The notes under the pieces are model-generated. The model was not told the origin of the DNA and did not search any database. It was given only the letters and a program-made list of their open reading frames with translations. Made by a program: the position numbers and the translations under genes. A DNA stretch of 59,900 bases from an uncultured Azospirillum sp. (GTDB taxonomy: Bacteria; Pseudomonadota; Alphaproteobacteria; Rickettsiales; UBA3002), in NCBI GenBank assembly GCA_964652475.1, contig CAZZCK010000005.1, forward strand, positions 1,658 through 61,557, read 5' to 3'. Below are positions 46,083-54,846 of the stretch, piece after piece. Position 1 is the stretch's first letter, and every line of letters starts with the position of its first letter.

Positions 46083-46691
46083 TTATGCTCCCCGTCCATC
46101 GGCCGATCTGAGTTCGTTCACATGCGCCCCACCCTCGCCGCTGACATAGCGTGCGTAGGCCTCATCCGCGTTCTGGCCACGTTCCGCCGAAACGTTCGAC
46201 GCAAATTTACCCGGTTTATCCGCCGGTGCTGGGGCCGTTGCCGCCATGCCCGCACCGATCGAGCCAATCGCCGCCGGATAGCTCGTCAACACTTGCGGCT
46301 TCAAACCAAGTAAGCCGGTGGCGCCACCGATCAATGTTTCCGTCGCCGCCCGCGCATGGGTACCAAGGCTTGCCCCACTCAGTATGCCCGAGGCGGCGTT
46401 ACCAAACCACCATTTGATCGTGCCGCCGGCAATGCCACCTAACCCGCTACCGCCCGAAACAAAGGCGTTGACGGAGTTCGCCGCCGTCCCTGCCGCAAGC
46501 GTAGTGATGGCACTGCCGATACTGCCGCGAAATAACCAGCGCGCCGATTCGATGACGGTGCCGAGCATGCCAATCGGCCAGGCCAATGCGCCGCCGATCA
46601 CCGGGATATAGCCAAGCTTGTTGGCAATCACGTCGAGCGTGCCTTTGCCGGTGCTCGTATAGCCGTCGTCGATGTTACCTAAAAGTGCCAT
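46083..46691 (-). CDS. Hypothetical Gly/Ala-rich hydrophobic protein (glycine-zipper-like)
   Basis: 202 aa with many GxxxG/A-type spacings (IGGALAWPIGMLG, GGSGLGGIAGG, SGILSGASLG, IGGATGLLG) and a polar C-terminal tail. Confidence 0.5.
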   Translation of the reverse strand: MALLGNIDDGYTSTGKGTLDVIANKLGYIPVIGGALAWPIGMLGTVIESARWLFRGSIGSAITTLAAGTAANSVNAFVSGGSGLGGIAGGTIKWWFGNAASGILSGASLGTHARAATETLIGGATGLLGLKPQVLTSYPAAIGSIGAGMAATAPAPADKPGKFASNVSAERGQNADEAYARYVSGEGGAHVNELRSADGRGA

Positions 46692-46769
46692 GATGCTCCG
46701 TAAAGCCTTTTATCTACCCTACATCATAGCATTTTTCCGCAGGCGCAGGATGACAGTTTTGTGACAATT

Positions 46770-46874
46770 CAGGGTTTAGGGGTTAGGGGCTAGGTGTTAG
46801 TAAAAAATAAAAGCAAGTCCTTATATTTTATATCAATTTCTAAACCCTAACCCTTAAACCCTAGCCCCTACCCT
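46770..46874. repeat. Large hairpin with arms built from tandem (t)ttagggg / ccctaa(a) units and an AT-rich loop
   Basis: cagggtttaggggttaggggctaggtgttag ... ctaaaccctaacccttaaaccctagcccctaccct. The right arm overlaps the gpsA stop codon. Confidence 0.8.
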
Positions 46875-47854
46875 TCACTAACCAATGGCCGCTCGAGCAA
46901 GCGCTCAATCGCCAATGCGACTGGTGTGAGGCCACTCAACACCTCGTGAACCGACAGCGCAATCGGCATCGCCACCCCCAGCTTATGCGCCATCTGGCTG
47001 ACGGATTCGGCAGTCGCGATGCCCTCAATCAAGGCACTGCCATAAAATTTCTGCCCACGCCCGATGGCCACACCGCATGCATAGTTGCGCGATTTTGCGC
47101 TGGTACAGGTCAGCATCACATCGCCGATGCCGGACAGGCCCATCAGGGTTTCTTCGTTGCCACCTTTGGCTTTCGCCAGACGCGCCATTTCAACTAGGCC
47201 GCGGGTGATGAGGGCCGCGCGCGCATTTTCGCCAAGCCCAGCACCGTCGACAATTCCGGCTGCAATCGCCAGCACATTTTTCACCGCGCCACCGATTTGC
47301 GTAGCGATCGGGTCATCGTTCACATAAAGCCGGAAATATTTACCCGCCAACGCAAAGAGAATTTTTTCGGTCAGCGATGATTGATGGAGCGCCAAGGTGG
47401 TGGCCGTGGGTGCGCCGGATGCCGCCTCGCGCGCAAAATTGGGGCCTGATAAAATCGCGAGCGGATTATGCGGCAGAATCGACTGTACCACCTCGCTCAT
47501 CAGCATCAGCGAGCCGCGCTCGATGCCTTTCGTTGCCAGAATAATTGGTAAATGCGCAGAAATCGCATCCGACAATGAAATCGCCACCGTGCGCAAGCTT
47601 TGCGCCGGGATGGTGACGATCAGCATGTCGCAGTCGCTTATAAATTCGGTTTTATCGGTAACATCGATCGCCGGGTCGATGAATTGATCGGGCAGATATT
47701 GCGCGTTTTCACGACGGCTACGGATAGACTCGACGACCTGATGGTTACGCGTCCACAAGGTCGCCTTGCTGCCCGCGCGGTTGGCCAAAATAGCCAGCGC
47801 CGTGCCCCAGGCCCCAGCACCAATCACGCCAACATGCGGGGTTTCAGCACTCAT
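46868..47854 (-). CDS. gpsA: NAD(P)H-dependent glycerol-3-phosphate dehydrogenase
   Basis: N-terminal VIGAGAWGTALA Rossmann motif and GpsA-like blocks (GPNFAREA, GAVKNVLAIAAG). Confidence 0.93.
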   Translation of the reverse strand: MSAETPHVGVIGAGAWGTALAILANRAGSKATLWTRNHQVVESIRSRRENAQYLPDQFIDPAIDVTDKTEFISDCDMLIVTIPAQSLRTVAISLSDAISAHLPIILATKGIERGSLMLMSEVVQSILPHNPLAILSGPNFAREAASGAPTATTLALHQSSLTEKILFALAGKYFRLYVNDDPIATQIGGAVKNVLAIAAGIVDGAGLGENARAALITRGLVEMARLAKAKGGNEETLMGLSGIGDVMLTCTSAKSRNYACGVAIGRGQKFYGSALIEGIATAESVSQMAHKLGVAMPIALSVHEVLSGLTPVALAIERLLERPLVSEG

Positions 47855-47904
47855 GCGTTAGCCTCACTGGGGCCCATGGCAAGGTGGCCACCTGAAGTTC
47901 GGCA

Positions 47905-48023
47905 TGTCATCCCGGGCTTGTCCCGGGATCTCCCGCCACATGCGATCATCTTTATTTGCTCTAAAAGAATTACCGCAAGCCGATGGAGATCCCGGTATCG
48001 CCCAAAAGCGAACCGGGATGACA
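47905..48023. repeat. Family A nested palindromic element (intergenic, gpsA-ileS spacer)
   Basis: tgtcatcccgggcttgtcccgggatctccc ... ggagatcccggtatcgcccaaaagcgaaccgggatgaca. Confidence 0.88.
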
Positions 48024-48056
48024 GTTTTACGCTGCATGCGGCATGTCCCAAGCGCA

Positions 48057-51000
48057 TCACGCCACCTTGCTCAGGCCAATGACAAATTGCGCGCCGTCCA
48101 GCTCCTGCGTGATTTTGCTTGCTGCACCCGCGCTGCCTTCACCGATGGATATTGCGAGCGTTTGCTCCTTAATATAATCCCCATGGGCGGCAATTGCGGC
48201 TTTGAAATCCGCTGGCACATCCACCGCAAGGGTGATGCGGTCGCCCACGTTGAAGCCTGCATCCTTACGCGCTTGCTGAATCATGCGCACCAAATCCCGC
48301 GCCCGGCCTTCGGCCTCAAGCTCGGGCGTGATGGTGAGGTCGAGGATGACGAGCGCATCGTTGGTGGAAAGAGGTGCCGCTGAATTTTTATACTCAGGCT
48401 TCGGCTCGAGCAAAATCGTATATTCACTCGCCAGCAGTTTCTCGCCAGCGATTTCGACACCGCCATCCGCAGTGCGGGTCCACTCACCTTTTTTCGATGC
48501 TGGTAAAATCTGTTTCATTTTCTCGGGTAGACGTTTGCCCAGCACTTGCGAATTGATTTGGAGTTTGTAGTCTGCATACTTGGTGATTTCTTCGCTAGAC
48601 GACCTAAAGTTTTTTACATTTACTTCGTCTCGAATAATTTCAGAGCACAAAGATTCAAGCGCCATGGAGTGCATGTTGGTTTCCTGTATAACTGTAAGGC
48701 ACAACAGAGGCTGACGAGATCTTATTTTTGCGCTATTCCGAATCGACAAGGATACCGAACATATGTCCCTTGCTCGATCCATTGCCCACATCATTTGGTC
48801 TGGGCGCATATTTTTAAATATAAAACCATCATTTTGCTGAGGGAAGGTATCCTCTGTTGCAATACCGCTCACATCTGCAAAATCCTGCAGATGGACGCTT
48901 GATGCTTCACCATTCAGGCCACGGTAAACCGCCTCGCTCACAAACGGCAGCAGCGGTGCGGAGGCAATGCACATCAGGTTCAGCACCGTGAACAGCGTGT
49001 CATAGGCGGCTTGTTTATCCGGCGTCATTGCCTCGCCCCAAAAGCGGGGGCGGCTACGGCGGATGTACCAGTTATTCAGCACATCAAAAAACTGGGTGAT
49101 GGCCTCGGTCGCACCGGGCGTATCATACACATCCATGCTCGCTTCGACCTTTAGCACCGCGGCTTTGCATTTGGCGAGGATGTAGCGATCGAGCATGTTG
49201 GTCAGCCCGTCATCCCGGCCTTGTGCCGGGATCCCCTGATGATTGGCTTCATACTCGCTGCGGGAGATCCCGGGACGAGCCCGGGATGACAGCAAATTCT
49301 TCGCCTTCACCCCATCCGCATTTGCATAAAGCGTGAAGAAGTTAAACGCGCTCCACATCGGTTTAATGTTCAGGCGCACCACATCGCGGATGAATTTGCC
49401 GTCGGGATCCACGCGCAAATCCGCCCCGCGCATGACGGGCGATGCCAGCATCATCCAGCGCAGCGCATCGGCGCCATATTGGTCCATCACCTCTTTCGGG
49501 TCGCGGTAATTTTTGAGGCGCTTGCTGTATTTCAGGCCGGTTTCTTCATCAATCACCACGCCGTGGCAGATGACATTTTTGAACGGTGCCTTGCCAAACA
49601 ATGCCGCCGAAAGCACTTGCAGTGTGTAGAACCACCCACGCGTTTGCGCGATATATTCGGTGATAAAATCGGCGGGGAAATTTTCCTCGAACCATTGCTT
49701 GTTCTCGAATGGGTAATGCACCTGCGCGTAAGGCATACTGCCGCTCTCAAACCAGCAATCGAACACATCCTCGATGCGGTGATACTCCTCGCCATCAATT
49801 TTCAGCACCACGGAATCAATGAACGGGCGGTGGAGGTCTGCGACCTCTTGCCCACTTAATTTTTCAATTTCATCTATTGAACCACACACATGGATTTTAC
49901 CACTCGCCGATTTCCAAATCGGAATCGGTGTGCCCCAGAAGCGGTTGCGCGAAATGCTCCAATCCGGCGCAGACTCAATCCCCTTGCCCATTTGGCCGCT
50001 TTGGATGTGGTCGGGGATCCAGTTGATGCTGAGGTTATTCGCCGCCATGGTTGCTTTGATTTTTTGCACGTTCACATACCAGCTGCTCATCGCGCGGTAG
50101 ATCAATGGCGTATCGGTGCGCCAGCAATGCGGGTAGTTGTGCTTGTAGGGTTCGTCCTTCACCAGCTTGCCATTGGCCTTCAGCCAACGCACAATGCGCA
50201 TATTGGCAAGGCCATATTTTGCGATATCCTTCGCGGCGATGTGCTGGGCTTTATCTTCCTCGCTCACCACAATATCCGCTTCCGCAATGCGCGTATCAGG
50301 CACCACCACAAGGCCCGCGAGTTTGAGTAAGCCGTCATCCCGGTTTGCTTCAGCAATACCGGGATCTCCCGCAGGAAGAGCTCCTTCTGAGGGGGATCCC
50401 GGGACAAGCCCGGGATGACAGTTCCAAGCAATATCATAAATATCGGCGGTGAATTTGCCTTTTTCATCGACCGGCACCATCACCTCGATGCCATTATCGG
50501 CGCAGCATTTCTGGTCCGCCTCACCAAATCCGGGCGCCATGTGCACAATGCCCGTGCCATCGCCATCGGTCACGAATTCCGAACCATCGAGCACACGGAA
50601 AGCTTTTTGCTGTTTGCGAATATCGTCGTCGAAATAGGGAAAGAGCGGTTCGTAGGTGAGGTTGATTATTGATTTAATATCACAGCCGTACTGGATGTAT
50701 GATTTTTCCAAAGCATCCCAGTCCTGTGAACTAATGGATTTAGCAATAGGAGGACCAACACGAACAGCTGCATCAAACTGCTTATTTGCGTAAGCAGATG
50801 AGCAAATGAAAACGTCACCATTTCTGCTAAGGACATACGAGTATTCGACGGAGTCTTTTCCAACCGCCAAAGCCAAGTTGCTTGGCAAGGTCCATGGTGT
50901 CGTCGTCCATGCAATGAGGTAATAATTCTCAGCATCGGGTGCGCCGCTCGCACGAAGTTCTTTCGCGCTGTCGGCAGTGAGCTTAAACTTCACATACGCC

Positions 51001-51659
51001 GCTTTATCCTCGCGTTCGCGGGTCGCGTTATCGATGCGGGTCTCGAAGTTCGATACGGGTGACTCCGCCGCCCAGCTATAGGGCATCACGCGCATGGATT
51101 CGTAGATGAGGCCGTTGTTATAAAGCTCCTTAAAGGCCCACAGGCAGCTTTCCATGTAGGGCGTATCCATGGTTTTGTAGTCGTTTTTAAAATCCACCCA
51201 GCGGCCCTGGCGGGTGACATAATATTCCCACTCGCTGGTGTATTTCATCACGCTGGTGCGGCAATACTCGTTAAATTTATCGATGCCGTAGCCCTGAATG
51301 GCGGCGCGGCCGCTGATGCCCAGTTCCTTCTCCGCGCCCATTTCGGCAGGCAAGCCGTGGCAATCCCAGCCGAAGCGGCGCTCGACGCGTGACCCCTTCA
51401 TGGTGTGGTAGCGGGCGATCGCGTCCTTCACGTAACCTGTCAGCAAATGGCCGTAATGCGGCAAGCCGTTGGCAAACGGCGGGCCATCATAGAACACATA
51501 AGCGTTGCTGGTGCCATCCGCCTTTTTTTCGGGGCGGTTATTCACCGATTTCTCGAAGGTTTTGTTCTCGCGCCAGAACTGAAGAATCCCCTCCTCCAGT
51601 GCGGCGAAGTTGGGGTTGGCATCGAGTTCGGGGTAGTGTTTCGTGGTCATGGCGCTCAA
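48057..51659 (-). CDS. ileS: Isoleucine--tRNA ligase, type 2, carrying two in-frame repeat insertions
   Basis: 1200 aa with HIGH-type PHYGHLL, WTTTPWTLPSN (editing domain), YPHCWR and KMSKS-like KYSKRL. It is longer than usual because of the inserts at 49209-49291 and 50334-50420. Confidence 0.96.
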   Translation of the reverse strand: MSAMTTKHYPELDANPNFAALEEGILQFWRENKTFEKSVNNRPEKKADGTSNAYVFYDGPPFANGLPHYGHLLTGYVKDAIARYHTMKGSRVERRFGWDCHGLPAEMGAEKELGISGRAAIQGYGIDKFNEYCRTSVMKYTSEWEYYVTRQGRWVDFKNDYKTMDTPYMESCLWAFKELYNNGLIYESMRVMPYSWAAESPVSNFETRIDNATREREDKAAYVKFKLTADSAKELRASGAPDAENYYLIAWTTTPWTLPSNLALAVGKDSVEYSYVLSRNGDVFICSSAYANKQFDAAVRVGPPIAKSISSQDWDALEKSYIQYGCDIKSIINLTYEPLFPYFDDDIRKQQKAFRVLDGSEFVTDGDGTGIVHMAPGFGEADQKCCADNGIEVMVPVDEKGKFTADIYDIAWNCHPGLVPGSPSEGALPAGDPGIAEANRDDGLLKLAGLVVVPDTRIAEADIVVSEEDKAQHIAAKDIAKYGLANMRIVRWLKANGKLVKDEPYKHNYPHCWRTDTPLIYRAMSSWYVNVQKIKATMAANNLSINWIPDHIQSGQMGKGIESAPDWSISRNRFWGTPIPIWKSASGKIHVCGSIDEIEKLSGQEVADLHRPFIDSVVLKIDGEEYHRIEDVFDCWFESGSMPYAQVHYPFENKQWFEENFPADFITEYIAQTRGWFYTLQVLSAALFGKAPFKNVICHGVVIDEETGLKYSKRLKNYRDPKEVMDQYGADALRWMMLASPVMRGADLRVDPDGKFIRDVVRLNIKPMWSAFNFFTLYANADGVKAKNLLSSRARPGISRSEYEANHQGIPAQGRDDGLTNMLDRYILAKCKAAVLKVEASMDVYDTPGATEAITQFFDVLNNWYIRRSRPRFWGEAMTPDKQAAYDTLFTVLNLMCIASAPLLPFVSEAVYRGLNGEASSVHLQDFADVSGIATEDTFPQQNDGFIFKNMRPDQMMWAMDRARDICSVSLSIRNSAKIRSRQPLLCLTVIQETNMHSMALESLCSEIIRDEVNVKNFRSSSEEITKYADYKLQINSQVLGKRLPEKMKQILPASKKGEWTRTADGGVEIAGEKLLASEYTILLEPKPEYKNSAAPLSTNDALVILDLTITPELEAEGRARDLVRMIQQARKDAGFNVGDRITLAVDVPADFKAAIAAHGDYIKEQTLAISIGEGSAGAASKITQELDGAQFVIGLSKVA
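49209..49291. repeat. Family A palindromic element translated in frame within ileS
   Basis: gtcatcccggccttgtgccgggatcccc ... gggagatcccgggacgagcccgggatgaca. It reads LSSRARPGISRSEYEANHQGIPAQGRDDG on the minus strand. Confidence 0.88.
50334..50420. repeat. Family A palindromic element translated in frame within ileS
   Basis: gtcatcccggtttgcttcagcaataccgggatctccc ... gggggatcccgggacaagcccgggatgaca. It reads NCHPGLVPGSPSEGALPAGDPGIAEANRDDG on the minus strand. Confidence 0.88.
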
Positions 51660-51760
51660 TCAAAAAATGCGTGAGCGAGGGTTGTAACCAACCATGGCAG
51701 AAAAATCAAAGCGTTTGGGATGAAATGTTATAATCGATTCAAATAAAGATCTTACCATTT

Positions 51761-51870
51761 TGTCATTCCCGCGTAGGCGGGAATCTACTTCAATAAAGAA
51801 AGGAGATTCCCGCCTACGCGGGAATGACAAAGCTGAGAGAGGTGTACAAAAATTAAATGAAATGAGTATA
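51761..51870 (+). repeat. Family B nested palindromic element plus the conserved tail shared with 44682-44750
   Basis: tgtcattcccgcgtaggcgggaatc ... ggagattcccgcctacgcgggaatgaca + aagctgagagaggtgtacaaaaattaaatgaaatgagtataat. Confidence 0.88.
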
Positions 51871-51894
51871 ATCACGCCCTGGCGGCGCGCGACC

Positions 51895-52092
51895 TTACGC
51901 GTCGTAATGCGCTTCGACGTTACGCTTTTCACGCGTGAGCTTAATGCGGTTACGGCGCTTTTGTGTGGCCATATTCGCCGAGTCTTCATCGTGCCAAACA
52001 CCGCTCGACGTCGCCATATTAAGGGCCGAGCTGAGCGCGGCATATTGCACCGGCTTGCTGGCATTGGTTTTTTTGTTGATACGAATAAGCAT
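51895..52092 (-). CDS. Small basic hypothetical protein
   Basis: 65 aa (MLIRINKKTNASKPVQY...KRRNRIKLTREKRNVEAHYDA). GGAGAAGG lies just upstream of the ATG, and third-position composition resembles neighbouring genes. No family was recognised. Confidence 0.4.
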   Translation of the reverse strand: MLIRINKKTNASKPVQYAALSSALNMATSSGVWHDEDSANMATQKRRNRIKLTREKRNVEAHYDA

Positions 52093-52340
52093 TTCCTTCT
52101 CCATCCTTGATGACTTAACCTATCACACAAGGGTTAATGTTTGATTAACGAGAAAAAACAAACGGTTTATGCTGCACTGCCGCAGCCTCACCGTTCGATT
52201 TTACCATCATGGGTTGCAGTATGCGCGCGAAGGGAGCCATCCACCAAGGTTTTTCTTGATAGATGACGTAATTTTGCAACAGATATATCATTTTGTTGCC
52301 TAATCGCAACAGATGGTGGCGGCGATTAGCCCGCTATTGC

Positions 52341-53915
52341 CTAAAACTGTAGCAGCATCGCAGCTTTCACATTCGGCAATTTTTCAATCTTTGTCAGAAG
52401 CTTACCATCCACCGCATCATCCACCTCGATGAGGGCAACGGCATGCGTGGCTTCTTTGTTACGGCCAAGATGGAAGTTCGCGATATTGACCTTGGCTTCA
52501 CCGAGCAGCTGGCCAACACCGCCGATAAGGCCCGGTTTGTCCTCGTTCGCGACATACAGCATACGATTTCCGAGCGAGGCTTCGAGCAGTACATCATCGA
52601 GCGCGACGACGCGTGGCTTATCGCCAAACAAGGTGCCGCTGATGGCGAACTGGCCACCATCAAACACCACGGTGATACGCATCAGGGTTTTGTAATGCGC
52701 GGTGCGATCATGGCGGATTTCGCTAACCTCGATGTTGCGTTCTTTGGCCACCACGGGGGCATTCACCATGTTCACCCCTTCCATCAAGGGGCTGAGAAGG
52801 CCATTGAGCGCCGAGGCGGTGAGCGGCTTGGTGTTCAGCTCCGTCACCTTGCCTTCGTATTCGATGGTGACCTTGGTGATGCCGCCACGGGTCATCTGCC
52901 CGGCAAAGCCGCCCAGGCGCGCCGCTAAATCGAGATAGGGCTTCAGGCGTGCTGCGTCCTCCGCCGAAACGCTCGGCATGTTGAGTGCGTTAGTGACGGT
53001 GCCAACGGTGAGGTATTCCGCCATTTGCTCAGCGACTTGAATGGCCACGTTCTCCTGCGCTTCGCTGGTGGATGCGCCCAAATGCGGGGTGGCAATCACC
53101 TGCTCCATGCCAAAGAGTGGATTAGTTTTCGCTGGCTCCTCCTCGAACACATCGAGCGCAGCACCGGCCACCTGGCCCGATTCAATCGCGGCTTTAAGGT
53201 CAGCCTCGACAATTAATCCGCCACGTGCGCAGTTAATAATGCGTACGCCTTTTTTGCATTTAGCGAGGTTTTTCTTATCGAGCAGATTGCGCGTCGCATC
53301 CGTCATCGGCGTGTGCAGCGAAATAAAATCCGCCCGCGCGAGCAAGGCATCCAGCTCAACTTTCTCGACATTAAGCGCCATCGCCCGCTCACTCGAGAGG
53401 AAGGGGTCGTACGAAATTACTTTCATTTTAAGCCCTTGCGCCCGATCGGCCACAATGCTGCCGATATTGCCACAGCCAATCAGGCCCAGGGTTTTCCCGG
53501 CCATTTCGACACCCATGAACTTGTTTTTCTCCCACTTACCGGCATGGGTGCTGGCCGAGGCAGCAGGGATATCACGCGCGAGCGCCATCATGAGGGTGAT
53601 CGCGTGCTCCGCCGTCGTCACCGAATTACCAAACGGGGTGTTCATCACCACAATCCCGTGCGCGGTCGCGGCTTTCACATCGACATTATCGACCCCAATC
53701 CCCGCACGGCCAACCACTTTCAGCTTATGCGCCGCGGCTAGCACGGCGGGAGTCACCTTGGTGGCGGAACGAATGGCCAACCCATCATATTGCCCGATAA
53801 TTTCGATCAATTGATCTTCGGTAAGGCCGGTTTTTAGATCAACTTCGACCCCTTTTTGCTTAAAAATCTCAACGGCAGCTGGGCTTAATTTATCGGAAAT
53901 CAGAACTTTTGGCAT
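52341..53915 (-). CDS. serA: D-3-phosphoglycerate dehydrogenase (long form with C-terminal ACT domain)
   Basis: MPKVLISDKL start, NAD-binding GLIGCGNIGS, RGG...D and H catalytic blocks, and a C-terminal regulatory domain. Confidence 0.94.
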   Translation of the reverse strand: MPKVLISDKLSPAAVEIFKQKGVEVDLKTGLTEDQLIEIIGQYDGLAIRSATKVTPAVLAAAHKLKVVGRAGIGVDNVDVKAATAHGIVVMNTPFGNSVTTAEHAITLMMALARDIPAASASTHAGKWEKNKFMGVEMAGKTLGLIGCGNIGSIVADRAQGLKMKVISYDPFLSSERAMALNVEKVELDALLARADFISLHTPMTDATRNLLDKKNLAKCKKGVRIINCARGGLIVEADLKAAIESGQVAGAALDVFEEEPAKTNPLFGMEQVIATPHLGASTSEAQENVAIQVAEQMAEYLTVGTVTNALNMPSVSAEDAARLKPYLDLAARLGGFAGQMTRGGITKVTIEYEGKVTELNTKPLTASALNGLLSPLMEGVNMVNAPVVAKERNIEVSEIRHDRTAHYKTLMRITVVFDGGQFAISGTLFGDKPRVVALDDVLLEASLGNRMLYVANEDKPGLIGGVGQLLGEAKVNIANFHLGRNKEATHAVALIEVDDAVDGKLLTKIEKLPNVKAAMLLQF

Positions 53916-54126
53916 GGGTTTCTCTCTGTTGAAATAGAATGATTCGGCTACGACCTCGCACCACATTCAAGCCGTCATCCGGGCGAGAAGCCCGATGCGC
54001 AGCTCGATTTTTGTAGCGGTTATGATATTCTCCACTGCTATACCAGCGAAAACTGACATCGCGTTTTTCTTTCGCCATGCTGAATATCAGCTTACGCTAG
54101 GTTGACAAATAGATTTTACGGTGACC

Positions 54127-54762
54127 ATGCAGCCCAACTATTGGAACGATGCAAAAAACCATCTCAGCCGCACCTGCCCGGTGATGAAAAAACTGATCGC
54201 GCATTACAAGGGCGAAGGCTTGATCGCCCGGCCGGATGGCTTTTATTCGCTGCTGCGCGCAATTGTTGGCCAACAAATCTCGGTCAAAGCGGCGGATGCG
54301 GTATGGGCAAAGGTTGAAGCCGCAGTGAAGCCACTCACTGCGAAACAACTGCTCGCGACACCGGATGAAGCGCTACGTGGCTGCGGCTTATCCGGCCAGA
54401 AAGTCGCGTATGCTAAAAATATCGCCGCGTTTTATAAAACGCGCAGAACCGACGCGAGTGCTTGGGCAGTGCATGATGATGCCACAGTGATAAGCGAGCT
54501 TACCGCCATTAAAGGTATCGGCAGCTGGACGGCGGAAATGTTCCTCATGTTTCATCTCGCCCGGCCGGATGTGCTGCCGCTGAAGGATCTCGGGCTGCTC
54601 AAAGCGATGAACCTTTATTATGTCGACGCGCAGCGCTTGGGCGATAAAAAATGGCTAAAAACCGATGAATATGAATCTATTGCCGCCCCATGGGCACCCT
54701 ACCGGACGGTTGCTACCTGGTATTTGTGGCGGGCGCTCGACCCGGTGCCAGTGGCGTATTAG
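54127..54762 (+). CDS. DNA-3-methyladenine glycosylase II-like HhH-GPD protein
   Basis: LLRAIVGQQISVKAA, helix-hairpin-helix IKGIGSWTAEMFLMF and the Asp-containing LPLKDLGL. Confidence 0.8.
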   Translation: MQPNYWNDAKNHLSRTCPVMKKLIAHYKGEGLIARPDGFYSLLRAIVGQQISVKAADAVWAKVEAAVKPLTAKQLLATPDEALRGCGLSGQKVAYAKNIAAFYKTRRTDASAWAVHDDATVISELTAIKGIGSWTAEMFLMFHLARPDVLPLKDLGLLKAMNLYYVDAQRLGDKKWLKTDEYESIAAPWAPYRTVATWYLWRALDPVPVAY

Positions 54763-54846
54763 GGAGGGGACAAATTATCTACCGAAATCACACTATTTAG
54801 GCATTATTGTCATCAAACTGTCATGAAGCGGTGTTAGATTGAAGAT

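Noticed and set aside
46770-46874. TTAGGG/TTTAGGG-like repeats resembling eukaryotic telomere repeats
   Set aside because: There are only a few degenerate units, arranged as an inverted repeat between two bacterial genes. This fits the local oligomer-hairpin class better than telomeric or contaminant DNA.
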